64,000 nucleotides of DNA from Bacteroidota bacterium. Its GTDB lineage: Bacteria > Bacteroidota > Bacteroidia > 2-12-FULL-35-15. Made by a program: the position numbers and the translations under genes. The stretch is from NCBI GenBank assembly GCA_029237775.1, contig JAQZBR010000006.1, forward strand, positions 194,159-258,158. The letters run 5' to 3'. This document shows, in pieces, positions 1 through 11,600 of the stretch. Within the stretch, counting starts at the first letter, position 1, and every line of letters begins with the position of its first letter. The notes under the pieces were generated by a model. The model searched no databases, was not told the origin of the DNA, and saw only the letters and a list, made by a program, of their open reading frames with translations.

Positions 1-325
1 TAACAATAACGGAACAAACAATAACAATAAAAATTCAGGTACTAACAGTAAAGGCTCTACAACCGGAAATGGTGGTAATGGCTCAACTACAAACGGATCA
101 TCCACTAGTGGAGTAGATCAATCATCTACAAGCGGAAATGACGGATCTTCTACAAGCGGTAAGGATAGCTCGAAAAACAAAGGCGCTTCGACAAGCTCAA
201 CAGGATCTACTTCTTCCACTAAGAGCACGGGATCTACAAAAGGTACATCAGGTTCTTCAACCTCTTCAACATCATCCACTTCTTCAACATCATCTACAAG
301 TGGGACATCAACAACAATGAAGTAA
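1..325 (+). CDS. C-terminal part of a low-complexity Ser/Thr/Gly/Asn-rich protein (5' end outside the window)
   Basis: Frame 2 is open from base 2: NNNGTNNNNKNSGTNSKGSTTGNGGNGSTTNGSSTSG...SSTSSTSSTSSTSGTSTTMK*, TAA at 323-325, followed by a terminator hairpin. It is missing from the ORF track because it has no start in the window. Confidence 0.8.
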   Translation, partial: NNNGTNNNNKNSGTNSKGSTTGNGGNGSTTNGSSTSGVDQSSTSGNDGSSTSGKDSSKNKGASTSSTGSTSSTKSTGSTKGTSGSSTSSTSSTSSTSSTSGTSTTMK

Positions 326-343
326 TTGATAACGTTATAATTT

Positions 344-376
344 AAAATAAAGCCATCTTCTGATGGCTTTATTTTT
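344..376 (+). terminator. Rho-independent terminator
   Basis: AAAATAAAGCCATC-ttct-GATGGCTTTATTTT hairpin with a T-rich tail directly after the stop at 325. Confidence 0.75.
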
Positions 377-394
377 GTTTTAAAGGTTACACTT

Positions 395-1849
395 ATGAAA
401 TACCTAACATTTGATGTCAGGGCTCTGGCCTTCATGAGGATCTGTATTGCCACTGTGATCATGTTCGATCTTGGTATCAGGCTTACGGATCTTGAAGCAT
501 TTTATTCAGATACCGGAGTGGCTCCTTTGCCCATGCTTTTTGAGCATTCCTGGAACTCATACTATATTTCATTTCATTCAATGAACGGAATGTGGCAGTT
601 CCAGCTTTTACTCTTTATGTTTTCTTTCTTTTGTGCTATCATGCTGTTTATAGGGTATCGCACAAAATTATTCACGATTCTTTCATGGCTGATGATGTTA
701 TCCCTTCATAACAGGAATGGCTTAATATTGCAAGGCGGAGATGATCTTTTAAGAATGGTTTTGTTTTGGGGTATGTTTATTCCCTGGGGTGCACGTTATT
801 CATGTGACGCTTTAATGAATAATTATAATTTTCGCGAGCCGGTTATCATAACTGCGGCTACAATCGCTTATCTTCTCCAAATCTGTTATATATATACAGG
901 ATCTGCTTTGTTAAAAGGGCCGGAGTGGAGCCGGGATTTCACTGCAATGTACTATACTTATAGTCTGGACCAGATTGCTTATCCTGTCACTAAATATTTT
1001 TACTATCATCCGGATCTTTTGAGAAATTGCACGATCATCGCTTATTACTTTGAATTACTCGTTCCTATATTGTTTTTTATTCCTTTTAAACATCAATGGT
1101 TCCGGCTTGCCGGTGCGCTGACAATTATTATTTTCCATTGCATCAATTCTGCTACTTTACTTATAGGCTTGTTCCCGTTTATTGGAATGGCAACCGTTAC
1201 CGGGCTGCTGCCTTCTTTTTTCATGGATTGGTTTGATAGAATCACCTCCGGTATTAAAGAACACATTAAAAATTCGTTCAGAGGTATTGCTTTACTTACG
1301 TCCTACGTTAAAAAATGGAAGAAGCCGGTTTATAGTTACTCTTTATTCAGGGATAGATTTCGAACAGCCATACTTGTATTCCTGATTTTCTTTGTATTTG
1401 ATTGGAACTTCAGTAATCTTAGCTTTATTAAAAGTAAATTATCCGATAAGCTTCGAAGTATCGGGTATGGCTTAAGACTGGATCAAAACTGGGGAATGTT
1501 CGCTCCCGGTGTTTTTAAGGATGATGGCTGGTATATATTGGAAGGCATTACCACCGAAAATAAAGAAGTAGATGTTCTTAGCGGAAAAACACCTGACTAC
1601 AGAAAGCCTTTAGCGATTACTTCCATGTTTAAAAACGATAGGTGGAGAAAATATTCTGAAAATCTTATTTTTTCCGATAACGAATTTATGCGTGGTTATT
1701 ATTGTAATTATACAAAAAGAATCTGGAATGAGTCTCATCCTGACCAGCATCTGAAAACCTTACGAATTATCTATATGGCTGAATTTACATTGCCGGATTA
1801 TAAATACAGTTATCCGAAAAAAACATTGTTGTGGGAGTGTAATGAGTGA
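395..1849 (+). CDS. HTTM domain membrane protein (vitamin K-dependent gamma-carboxylase-like/SdpB-like)
   Basis: Multi-TM protein with family-typical motifs: FDVRALAFMRI, SLHNRN..ILQGGDDLLR, QICYIYTGSALLK.GPEW, IFH..NSATL.IGLF, and C-terminal LDQNWGMFAP...DRWRKY. Confidence 0.8.
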   Translation: MKYLTFDVRALAFMRICIATVIMFDLGIRLTDLEAFYSDTGVAPLPMLFEHSWNSYYISFHSMNGMWQFQLLLFMFSFFCAIMLFIGYRTKLFTILSWLMMLSLHNRNGLILQGGDDLLRMVLFWGMFIPWGARYSCDALMNNYNFREPVIITAATIAYLLQICYIYTGSALLKGPEWSRDFTAMYYTYSLDQIAYPVTKYFYYHPDLLRNCTIIAYYFELLVPILFFIPFKHQWFRLAGALTIIIFHCINSATLLIGLFPFIGMATVTGLLPSFFMDWFDRITSGIKEHIKNSFRGIALLTSYVKKWKKPVYSYSLFRDRFRTAILVFLIFFVFDWNFSNLSFIKSKLSDKLRSIGYGLRLDQNWGMFAPGVFKDDGWYILEGITTENKEVDVLSGKTPDYRKPLAITSMFKNDRWRKYSENLIFSDNEFMRGYYCNYTKRIWNESHPDQHLKTLRIIYMAEFTLPDYKYSYPKKTLLWECNE

Positions 1850-1969
1850 TGTGGAATTAATTTCCGGATGAAGCTTTAAGACCCTTTTTATTATTTATTT
1901 TCCACGCTCTTTTACTTTGTTGACAGGTGGCATAATAATGTCATAAATAGACTTACAAGTCTCATTTAT

Positions 1970-4900
1970 ATGATCCTACTGTTACAACGTACATATAATA
2001 TTATCATTCGCCTCAGCTTCCTCCTCTTTACGGGCTATGTACTGCTTTGTAATAATGTGGCTTATTCCCAACCTACCTGGGTATGGGGAAAGGATGTCCA
2101 CACTGCAAGTGATGAATATGCAAATGCTGTTGCTATAGACCCAATAAGTGGAAATGCAGTTATCGCAGGCGTCTATAAAAGCAGTCTTTCCTCATTTTAC
2201 GGAAGTAATTTTACGGGTGCTACAATGGGTGCATTTGTAGCTAAATATGATCCTGAGGGAAATGTGATCTGGGGCTTTAAGGTTGGAGATAATCACGATA
2301 ATACATGCACTGGAATTGCCATAGATTCTTCAGGGAATATTTATGTTACCGGCTCTTTTTCACTCACCACCGATTTTAAAGGCACGCTTTCAACTTCCAC
2401 GAATCTGACGGCAACAGGAAGCAGCGATATTTTTCTGGCAAAATATAATTCTGCGGGCCAGCTTATCTGGGTTAGGAAGGCAGGAGGGTCCTCGGATGAT
2501 GCAGGGAATGCGGTGGCTGTCAATTCAAGCAAGGTTTTTATAACCGGGCACTTCAGTAATTCAGCGACTTTCGGCTCTTTTAGTTCTCATGTAAATAATT
2601 CTAATGATAATGTTTTTATTGCAGCGTACGATCTTTCCGGTAGCATCCAATGGATGATCGATGGCGCTTCAACTCAATCATCTTATGGAAGAAGTATTGC
2701 TGCAGACAATTCAGGTGTTTATATATGTGGTGAGTTTAAAGGTAGCCCACTCTCTATTTATAATCCGGCAGGCGCAATTGCCACTTCATTGACAAACCCT
2801 GTTACTTCAAAATCGGACGCTTATATATTAAGCGTTTCAACAAGCGGTTATTTTTATTGGAGTGGAAGCATAAGCAGTACTGAAGACGATAAAGCAAACG
2901 GGGTAAATTTAAATGGAAACAAATTATTTCTTACCGGTTCAATAAGGCAGAATGCTACTTTCCCGTTTTACGCTTCCAATCCTGTGACCTCTGGTGGAAA
3001 TACAGACCTTTATATTGCTTCCTTCTCAAAAAGCACGGGCGCTACCCAGTGGGTAAAAAGCGGCAGCAGCAGCGATCAGGGCGTTGGTAATGCAATCACG
3101 AGTGACGTGTTCGGAAATGTTTATGTGGCAGGTTACTTTAAGGCATCAATTGCTTTCAGCGGAGGGGCGACCATAAATAATGGCGGTGGAAACGTAGAAG
3201 ACATTTTTGTGGTGTCATATTCGTCAACGGGTAGCTATAGATGGTACCAAGAGGCGGGCTCGAACGGAAAAGATATGCCATACGGAATCGACTGTAATTC
3301 GCTGAATGAAGTATATGTTGCAGGTGAATACAAAAAAGATCCAATCTTCGGACCTACTCAATTGTTCGATGATAGTGGTAACAACGCTTTTCTGGCGAAG
3401 ATCGCATGTCCTGCTATTTTAAATAATATTGCAAACTCATCTCAAACCATTTGTCAAGGTTCTTTTGCAGCAACCATAAATGGAACTACACCAACCGGAG
3501 GGACAGCGCCTTTCACTTATTCCTGGGAACAGAGCACAGATGGGTTAAACTGGGTAACTGCGGGCGGCACAAGCAACCTTCAGAACTATTCACCCGGGGC
3601 AATAACATCAACTACATTTTACCGGAGAAGGGTTTATTCTGCAACCTCGTGTTACAATACATCTGTAAGCAACATTATTACTATAAATGTCGATCAGATG
3701 CCTACAACAGCCTCTGCCGGGCAAAATCAGCAAGTGTGCTCCTCTGCAATTCCGTTAACGCTGAATGGAAATACACCCGTAGTTGGAACGGGCATGTGGA
3801 CTGTTGTTTCAGGTTCGGCATCCTTCGCTAACGTTAATTCTCCATCATCTCTGGTTACAGCTATGGGTACAGGGCCGAATGTCCTGAAGTGGACCATTTC
3901 CAATGGTTCCTGTCCTTCTTCATCATCAACTGTGTCCATTACAGTTAATGCACTTCCGGTTGCAAATGCCGGGCCTGATCAAAACATTTGTATCACTTCA
4001 AACTCGGTAGTTTTAAATGCGGGCAGTCCTGTCAATGGAAATATTTCCTGGTCAACAGTTTCAGGTACGGGAAGTTTTTCTTCCACCACAGCCTCCAGCG
4101 TTACAGTAAGTAATCTGGCAATTGGTCCAAATATCTTTAAGCTTAATATTTCAAACGGTGTGTGTCCTGTATCGAGCGACATGGTTACTGTGGTTGTTTC
4201 TGCATTACCTACTGTGGCTTCTACCGGTGCTGATATGGTTATCTGCGCTTCGACTCCTCAGGTTACACTTACCGGTAATCTCCCTTTGATAGGAACAGGA
4301 AGCTGGTCTGTATATAATGGCTCCGGGATTTTTTCGGGTTCATCTTCTCCATCATCCTCTGTGAGTGGATACTCATTGGGCGTGAACACTTATTTGTGGA
4401 CAATTGCAAATGGAGTATGCCCTTCTTCAACGGCAAATATCAACATTGTTGTGGATGCCATGCCAACAGCTGCGGATGCAGGAACAGATAAGAGGGTGTG
4501 CATTTCTTCGCCATCAGTCATAATGAATGCAACCATTCCTTCGGTTGGTACGGGAACATGGTCACTGGTCACTGGGACTGGTATCCCGGATTCTGTTTCC
4601 GATGCTCACACTGCAATAAGCTCTTTAGGTTCCGGAGAAAATGTTTTTCAATGGAGTGTTTCAAATGGTGTTTGTCCTACTTCTTCTTCAACCGTTACTA
4701 TTACTACGGATACTCAGCCCGACACTGCATCGGCAGGAGCTGATATAGAAACGGATGTTCCCTATGTTCAATTACAAGCTAACGTTCCGCAAATTGGTAC
4801 AGGCAGGTGGATCTGGCTTAGTGGAATCGGTACAATGAATGATGCTTCCGACCCATCGACTGTTATTTCGTCTTTCCCGGTGGGGGAAAATGTTCTCAGA

Positions 4901-5227
4901 TGGGAAATAACCAACGGTGTTTGTCCAGCCAGTAGTGATGACGTTCACATTAAAATGAATCCTTTAAGAGTACCGAACGGCTTTTCACCCAATGGGGATG
5001 GATATAATGATACCTATGCAATCGAAGCGCTTGAATATTATCCCGGAGTGAGATTCAAGGCGTTCAACAAGTGGGGAAATATTGTATACAATAGTGATGA
5101 ATATCACAATGAATGGGATGGTACGAATTTAAAAAATGAAAAGTTGCCGGACGATACCTACTATTTTACTTTGGAGGTTTTGCCGGGGATGGAGTATAGC
5201 GGCTTTGTAATAATTAAAAGTAAATAG
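1970..5227 (+). CDS. T9SS type B cargo: SBBP beta-propeller repeats, Ig-like/PKD repeats, gliding-motility-associated CTD
   Basis: Repeats such as IAIDSSGNIYVTGSF...DIFLAKYNSAG; tandem 'AGPDQ.IC...GTGSW.....G.N...W.ISNGVCP' domains; C-terminal VPNGFSPNGDGYND...FNKWG...WDG...DTYYF. Start codon uncertain. Confidence 0.85.
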   Translation: MILLLQRTYNIIIRLSFLLFTGYVLLCNNVAYSQPTWVWGKDVHTASDEYANAVAIDPISGNAVIAGVYKSSLSSFYGSNFTGATMGAFVAKYDPEGNVIWGFKVGDNHDNTCTGIAIDSSGNIYVTGSFSLTTDFKGTLSTSTNLTATGSSDIFLAKYNSAGQLIWVRKAGGSSDDAGNAVAVNSSKVFITGHFSNSATFGSFSSHVNNSNDNVFIAAYDLSGSIQWMIDGASTQSSYGRSIAADNSGVYICGEFKGSPLSIYNPAGAIATSLTNPVTSKSDAYILSVSTSGYFYWSGSISSTEDDKANGVNLNGNKLFLTGSIRQNATFPFYASNPVTSGGNTDLYIASFSKSTGATQWVKSGSSSDQGVGNAITSDVFGNVYVAGYFKASIAFSGGATINNGGGNVEDIFVVSYSSTGSYRWYQEAGSNGKDMPYGIDCNSLNEVYVAGEYKKDPIFGPTQLFDDSGNNAFLAKIACPAILNNIANSSQTICQGSFAATINGTTPTGGTAPFTYSWEQSTDGLNWVTAGGTSNLQNYSPGAITSTTFYRRRVYSATSCYNTSVSNIITINVDQMPTTASAGQNQQVCSSAIPLTLNGNTPVVGTGMWTVVSGSASFANVNSPSSLVTAMGTGPNVLKWTISNGSCPSSSSTVSITVNALPVANAGPDQNICITSNSVVLNAGSPVNGNISWSTVSGTGSFSSTTASSVTVSNLAIGPNIFKLNISNGVCPVSSDMVTVVVSALPTVASTGADMVICASTPQVTLTGNLPLIGTGSWSVYNGSGIFSGSSSPSSSVSGYSLGVNTYLWTIANGVCPSSTANINIVVDAMPTAADAGTDKRVCISSPSVIMNATIPSVGTGTWSLVTGTGIPDSVSDAHTAISSLGSGENVFQWSVSNGVCPTSSSTVTITTDTQPDTASAGADIETDVPYVQLQANVPQIGTGRWIWLSGIGTMNDASDPSTVISSFPVGENVLRWEITNGVCPASSDDVHIKMNPLRVPNGFSPNGDGYNDTYAIEALEYYPGVRFKAFNKWGNIVYNSDEYHNEWDGTNLKNEKLPDDTYYFTLEVLPGMEYSGFVIIKSK

Positions 5228-5229
5228 AT

Positions 5230-6114
5230 TTGAAAAAACTACTATTCATATTTCTGCTAATGAGTCACTGGTGTTATGCACAACATAATGTGTTGTATAG
5301 CCAGTATTATTTTTCGGGAATCTTGATTAATCCTGCTTATGCAGGAAGTCAGAATGCTTTAAATTTCACTAGCATCTACCGGGATCAGTGGACGGGTATA
5401 GATGGGGCACCTAGAAATCTAAGCATAGGCCTACATACACCCCTTAAGAATGAAAAAGTGAATGCAGGCCTCGTTTTTCTGAATAACCGTTATGGTATTA
5501 CATGCGAAACAAGAGCGATGGGAGTGTATGCATACAAACTAAAGTTAGGTAAAGGAAGTTTAGCTTTTGGCTTACAGGGTGGTGTGGAATACTTTAAGAA
5601 TGATATCAGCAAAATTATATCAACAGATAATGGTGATCCTGTTTTTGAACAGGCCGTTGAAAAAAGCATAAGTGGAGTTGTCGGTGCAGGATTATTTTAT
5701 AAGTCAGAAAAAGTGATAGCCGGGATCTCTGCTCCGATTTTATACAGCACAAGAAAAAACTATGTGGTTGCTTATAGTCCGCTTATTCTTTCTGCAGGAT
5801 TTCTTGTTAACCTTAATGACGACCTTGTTCTTAAGCCGGCTGGTCTCGTCAGACATATTAAAAACTCCCCTGTTGGTTGGGATTTAACAAGTGCGATCTA
5901 TTATCGTGAGGCTATAGGGGTCGGATTAGGGTACAGGAGCAACGATGCGGCATACGGATATCTTGATATCCGTCTTAATGATCAATTCAGCATAGGCTAT
6001 TGTTATGATTACACCTTAAGCCATCTGAACACTTATTCAAATGGAAGCCATGAATTTATGCTTAGATATATTTTCAGCTATAAATTAAATACCAAGAGTC
6101 CGAGATATTTTTAG
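5230..6114 (+). CDS. PorP/SprF family T9SS outer membrane protein
   Basis: SQYYF...INPAYAGS...YRDQWTGIDGAP, C-terminal GSHEFMLRY...SPRYF; directly follows a type B CTD gene; TTG start. Confidence 0.9.
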   Translation: MKKLLFIFLLMSHWCYAQHNVLYSQYYFSGILINPAYAGSQNALNFTSIYRDQWTGIDGAPRNLSIGLHTPLKNEKVNAGLVFLNNRYGITCETRAMGVYAYKLKLGKGSLAFGLQGGVEYFKNDISKIISTDNGDPVFEQAVEKSISGVVGAGLFYKSEKVIAGISAPILYSTRKNYVVAYSPLILSAGFLVNLNDDLVLKPAGLVRHIKNSPVGWDLTSAIYYREAIGVGLGYRSNDAAYGYLDIRLNDQFSIGYCYDYTLSHLNTYSNGSHEFMLRYIFSYKLNTKSPRYF

Positions 6115-6116
6115 AA

Positions 6117-7679
6117 ATGAAGAAACTGATTCTATATATATTATTATTCGCACCTGTGCTTGATGTTTGTTCGCAGGCTGATGAAATTTTATATAAAGAA
6201 TTTAAAAACGTCTTTGATGTTACTCCGCTGAACATAAACAGTCAGGTAAGTGAGATGTCACCTTTTATGGCCGGAAAGAACCTTTATTTTGCCCGGAACA
6301 GGAAACCTCAACCTGCTTTAAACTATAATAACCCGGAATCTTCAGAACCGATGTATGATATATATACTGCTTCACGCATCGATTCAATCAATTTTTCAAC
6401 ACCTGCAGTCTCTCATAAATTCAGTTCGCTTTTTAATGATGGTCCTTTAAGCTTTACTGAAGATGAAACGGAAGCATTGATCACCTGCAATGAGAAAAGT
6501 TATGATTTTATTCTTCGTTCTCATGAAAAAGCCAAACAATTAAAAATTTACTATTCCTCTAATCTAAATGGAAAATGGTCTGTTCCTCAAATTCATCCCG
6601 TTTGTTCTGAAGAAGGGTCGTTCTGCCATGCGGTTTACTGTAATAACAAAAATGCAATGGTATTTGCTTCAGATATGCCGGGCGGATATGGCGGGATGGA
6701 TTTATACATCACGGAACTTAAAAATGGTGAATGGCAAAAACCCCGCAATCTCGGTAAGAAAATTAATTCAACCGCTAACGAAATTTTTCCGTTTATAAAT
6801 AAAACTGGCAATCTGTATTTTTCATCTGACAGGAAAAATGGTATGGGGGGACTTGATATTTATTCCATTATTCTTAAGGATACTTCAAGCACCAGTGCCT
6901 TATTGCTTGAAAGTCCTGTGAACAGTAAAGCAGACGATTTCGGGATCTGGACGAATGATGATGGCAGCTCAGGCTATTTATCATCTGACCGGCTAGCAAG
7001 TAAGGATGATAACATCTTTTACTTTTATAAGATAATTCCTGCTTTTAAAAATAAAGTGATTTCTAAAAGTAAATTCTGCTATACTTTTTTCGAAGAATCA
7101 TCACTATCTCAGGCCGATACTGCAGGCTTAACATATGAATGGGATTTTGGAAATGGAATTAAGAAAAGAGGTCTGGAGGTGAAACAATGTTTTGACAAAC
7201 CCGGAACATATCCGGTTAGCCTTAATGTAATTGATAAGTCTTCAGGACAACTGTTTTATAATGATCTGAACTATGATTTTGTTGTAGAGCAACCCCGGCA
7301 GATTTACATTGCCAGTGTAGACACTGTGGAAATCGGGAATCCGATAGAGTTGGATGGCTCGTCTTCAGTAATTGACGGTTACACGATTAAAAAATATTAC
7401 TGGACGTTCAATGATGGATGGTTTAGCCTTGGCAGCAAAGCGAGGCATGAATATTTTACTACAGGCTATCATACTGTGATACTTGGGGTGGTGGCGGAAT
7501 CAGACAGCACCTGCAAAGAAGATACATTTTATACAGTAAGAAAGATTTATGTTAAAGGCCTTGTAAAAGAAACGGGCTACAACAACGGAAAAAATAACTG
7601 GATTGAACCAAGCTTCGAATCTGATGCACAGCATGAGATTATTTTAGACAGTCAGAATAGTTCAGATACCGGAAAATAA
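6117..7679 (+). CDS. PD40 (TolB-like propeller) plus PKD domain protein, PorE-like but without an OmpA domain
   Basis: FASDMPGGYGGMDLY, NLGKKINS.ANEIFPF, FSSDR..GMGGLDIY (PD40); YEWDFGNG and YYWTFNDG (PKD); no OmpA C-terminal motif. Confidence 0.75.
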   Translation: MKKLILYILLFAPVLDVCSQADEILYKEFKNVFDVTPLNINSQVSEMSPFMAGKNLYFARNRKPQPALNYNNPESSEPMYDIYTASRIDSINFSTPAVSHKFSSLFNDGPLSFTEDETEALITCNEKSYDFILRSHEKAKQLKIYYSSNLNGKWSVPQIHPVCSEEGSFCHAVYCNNKNAMVFASDMPGGYGGMDLYITELKNGEWQKPRNLGKKINSTANEIFPFINKTGNLYFSSDRKNGMGGLDIYSIILKDTSSTSALLLESPVNSKADDFGIWTNDDGSSGYLSSDRLASKDDNIFYFYKIIPAFKNKVISKSKFCYTFFEESSLSQADTAGLTYEWDFGNGIKKRGLEVKQCFDKPGTYPVSLNVIDKSSGQLFYNDLNYDFVVEQPRQIYIASVDTVEIGNPIELDGSSSVIDGYTIKKYYWTFNDGWFSLGSKARHEYFTTGYHTVILGVVAESDSTCKEDTFYTVRKIYVKGLVKETGYNNGKNNWIEPSFESDAQHEIILDSQNSSDTGK

Positions 7680-7694
7680 TTATTAACGAATTAT

Positions 7695-8669
7695 ATGAAG
7701 CAAATGTACAGGAGATTTATCGTATCGATCATGCTCATACTGAATGTATATTTCGGTTGTGCACAGCAGGCGCCTTCAATGGAAGAAAATATTCCGTTCT
7801 TATGCACTTTTAGTAAAAATGCAGACAAAAGCTGGGGAGATGACGATAATGTTCAGATCATTTTTTTCGTAATGCCGGTAACAGAAAAAAATCCTGTTTA
7901 TATTAAAATCTTTGATCCTAATAACGGTGGAAAATACGATGAAGCTCACGGCCCGTTTAACAGTAAAACACGTTTTTCTGTTTTTGGAGGTGCAGGAGCG
8001 CACTCATCCGATGATGCTAAAAAACATGATCCGGTTGGGAACTATAAAAGCGGTGTGCAACTGGCCAGCAAAATTTTTGGTGAAGAAGCTGAATACGAAG
8101 ATAAATGGATCACTCTCGGTCCTTTCAATCCTGTGGAAGGTGAGCTGCAACCGGATGCAGGCGGATATGTTTTTAAAGTTGTAGTTGAAGGGACCGATGG
8201 AGATGATGGAAATCTATACAGACTTTTTATGTCTTCAAGTAAAACCGAAAATAAGCCGATTGAAGGTGGCAATATGTTTACTTACGAATATTCTTTCCGT
8301 TTATCAGATCAGAAAAACTCAGTGTCTCATTTATATCCTTTTATAACCTCCAATCTGGTTGCGGTAAAAGTAAATGTTTTTGATTTTGATAATGATGGGT
8401 TGATCAGATTAGTCTCTGTTGCTAAAAGAGGTGATATTGCCAAAACTTCCGGTGATGCTGAATGGACAGTAAACACGCATGAAGTGGTTCAACAGGAGTT
8501 CAACACGTCCTTTGATATTCAATTTATAAAGCAAAAGGATGCAAAGAATAACAATATTGTTGTTTTTATCACCAATCAGTACAATCAGCTAATGCCTTTT
8601 TATACCAGTCCGATCGGAGGGATTCCCAAGTATAAATATAAAATAGGTGTTAAGGTGGTGAATAATTAA
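7695..8669 (+). CDS. Exported hypothetical protein
   Basis: 324-aa ORF with an N-terminal signal peptide, tightly packed in the operon; no family recognised. Confidence 0.7.
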   Translation: MKQMYRRFIVSIMLILNVYFGCAQQAPSMEENIPFLCTFSKNADKSWGDDDNVQIIFFVMPVTEKNPVYIKIFDPNNGGKYDEAHGPFNSKTRFSVFGGAGAHSSDDAKKHDPVGNYKSGVQLASKIFGEEAEYEDKWITLGPFNPVEGELQPDAGGYVFKVVVEGTDGDDGNLYRLFMSSSKTENKPIEGGNMFTYEYSFRLSDQKNSVSHLYPFITSNLVAVKVNVFDFDNDGLIRLVSVAKRGDIAKTSGDAEWTVNTHEVVQQEFNTSFDIQFIKQKDAKNNNIVVFITNQYNQLMPFYTSPIGGIPKYKYKIGVKVVNN

Positions 8670-8680
8670 CTCTGAGGATT

Positions 8681-11600
8681 ATGCGTTTAAAAAATACTAT
8701 TATCATTGTTTTCTTTAATCTTCTTGCTTCAGCGGCCTGGTCTCAGATATATAACTTCAGAGTGTTCGGTGTGGATGAAGGACTTCCGCAATCCTATGTT
8801 TACTCAATTTCTCAGACTAAGACAGGTTTTATAAATGTTGCTACAGGTGAAGGGTTTTGTTCTTTTGAAGGCAGCAAGTTTAAAGTATTTAATACGAAAG
8901 ATCATCTTGCTGAGAATTTTGTCACTACACATTTCACAGATTCAAAAAATATTACCTGGCTTGGCCATTACCAGAAGGGGATAAGTTTCCTCCGGAACGA
9001 AAAATTTTCTTCTGTCAGGCAAACTCTGGATATAGCGTCCAAAGTGACGTGTATAGCAGAAGATCAAAAACATCATATCTGGTTCAGCACGCAAAGCAAA
9101 GGCTTATACAGACTAGATTCGCTTTTACATGTGGATGCTATTGATTCAAAGAATGAAGAAGGTTCTAATGCTATATGCTTTGATCATTCGGGGGCGTTGC
9201 TTGAAGGCTCTGACAGGGGCTTGTTTATATATACTCTGAGCAAGACCGGCAAGGTCCTTACTTTGAAGCAGGAGATAAAAGAATTGTCAGGCAAAAATGT
9301 TAAATGTATTGTGCCTGTTAATACCAGAAAAGGAGCCTTCTGGCTGGCTGTTGATGACTACGGAATTGTAGGAATTGAGAAAAATAATGGTAAGTATGAA
9401 GTTTTCGTAACCATAAAAAATGAGCTAAATCTGAAAGATTGCACATTTTCCTCGTTGTTTGTCGACCAGAAAGAGAACCTTTGGATAGGCGATTTCGGAG
9501 AGGGTATCCGTAAAATTTCTTTTTACGACAAAGCCAATAAAACAGCTTATTATGTTAACAAGATAGATGACCGGAATGGCCTTCCTAATGAATATATTCA
9601 ATCAATTTATGAAGATTATGAGGGCAATATGTGGTTTGGAAGTTTCGGTTCGGGCCTAGTTGAGCTGCCATTAGAAAAATTTGCTTTTTTTGAAGGTAAG
9701 AATGGTCTGAATTATAAAAATGCAACATGTATTTTTATTGACAGGGATGGCGGATTCTGGGTAGGTAATGATAAAGGTTTGTTTCAGTATAACATTGAAG
9801 CACCTGAATTAAGCCGACAGTTTGATGCAAAGGATGGTTTTGTAAGTTCTGAAGTAACAGCTATTGCGCAGGACAGATCAGGTTTGCTTTGGATAGGTAC
9901 AAAGGAAAATGGAGTTTATACTTTTGATAAAACGAAAAATTCTTTTCAGAATTTTTCCAAGCGTAAATCTTTGAATACTCCTAACATCAACTCTTTGATC
10001 GCAACTCTCGATAATAAAATAGTAATTGCTACTTCTGAAGGTGTTTATTTTTACGAGCAGGAAAGTGAGAGTCTAAAGCATTTGACCACACTTGACGGGC
10101 TTCTGCATAACAATGTGACCAAGGTTTTTGAAGATAATAAAAAGAGGTTGTGGTTTTGTTCCAATGGCGCGGGACCCTATTTTTTAAAGGATAATGAATT
10201 CAATGTTTTTAATAATATTCCTGAGCTTCGCTCATTCAGCATAACGTCTATCACCCAATCGGCCGATGGTAATGTGTGGATTGGCACGGAAGGAGATGGA
10301 GTATTCAGTTATAATGAAAGAGGTGGCTTTGTGAATTTTAAAGTAACAGAAGGATTACTATCCAACTATTGCTATTTTATCATTTCTGACAAGAATGGAA
10401 ATCTTTGGGCAGGCCATAAAAATGGGCTCAGTTATAAACCCGCACAATTGAAAACTTTCCGTTCATATGGGAAATCTGATGGTTTACTATTTACGGACTT
10501 TAATAAAAATTCCTGTTTCAGGGATGTCTCAGGGAACCTGTGGTTAGGTACAAGTAATGGTTTGGTAAAGTATAATGCTGAAGGCGAGAACAGGATCCAG
10601 GCCGAACCCAAAACAAATATTGCCGGTTTGATGTTAAATAATACCTTCTATCATCCGGAAGAAAGCATTGAGGTGCCGTATGATGATTATTCAGTGAAGG
10701 TTGATTATATAGCGATCTCTTTTACCGATCCCGCAAAAGTCAATTTCAAATATCGGTTGATCGGCCAGGATACGATCTGGAGATATACCAATTCCAAATT
10801 CATTGAGTTCCCGAAGCTCAACGATGGGGAATACACATTTCAGCTACTTGCAGCAAACAGTGATAACGTATGGAATTCAAAGCCTGCGCAGATAAGCTTT
10901 GTGGTTAAACCACCATACTGGAAACGTGTATGGTTCTATTCCATGGTTTTTCTTTTTATAGGTTCATTATCGTATTCAGTTACAAGGTATCGTACGCGGT
11001 CACTGGTGGAAGCTAAATTACTTCTGGAACAAAAGGTTAACGAAAAGACTGCTTTACTTCAGGAGGAGAAAGCAACTGTTGAAAAAATAAAATTCGAACT
11101 GGAGGTAAAGAATAAGAATGTTACAGACAGTATCAATTACGCTCAGAGAATCCAGGAATCGATCCTTCCTTCCAAATATTCCATATCCCAGGCCTTTAAT
11201 CAGTCCTTCATTTACTATAAGCCACGTGATATTGTGAGCGGGGATTTTTATTGGTTTGCGGAAACGGAGGATGATTACCTGATCGCTGCTGTAGACTGCA
11301 CGGGACATGGTGTTCCGGGTGCATTTATGTCTCTGGTCGGATCCACATTATTAAATGAGCTGGTGAGCAATAAAAAAATCACAAGGCCTTCCGCGATTCT
11401 AACGAAGCTGAATAGTTCGATCATTCGCGTATTGAGGCAAAAGTCAGATTATAACTCATCTCACGATGGAATGGATATGGCTGTTTGTGCCATCAGCAAG
11501 GATAAGAAGAGATTGCGTTTCAGTGGAGCATTGCGTCCTCTGTTTCATGTCAGGAATAAAAAGCTTACTGAACTGAAAGGGAATCCATTCTTTATCGGAG

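Noticed and set aside
118..462. Minus-strand acidic 114-aa ORF and + strand 138..320 ORF
   Set aside because: Both are shadow frames of the Ser/Thr-rich + strand CDS ending at 325; the minus ORF also crosses a terminator and the next gene.
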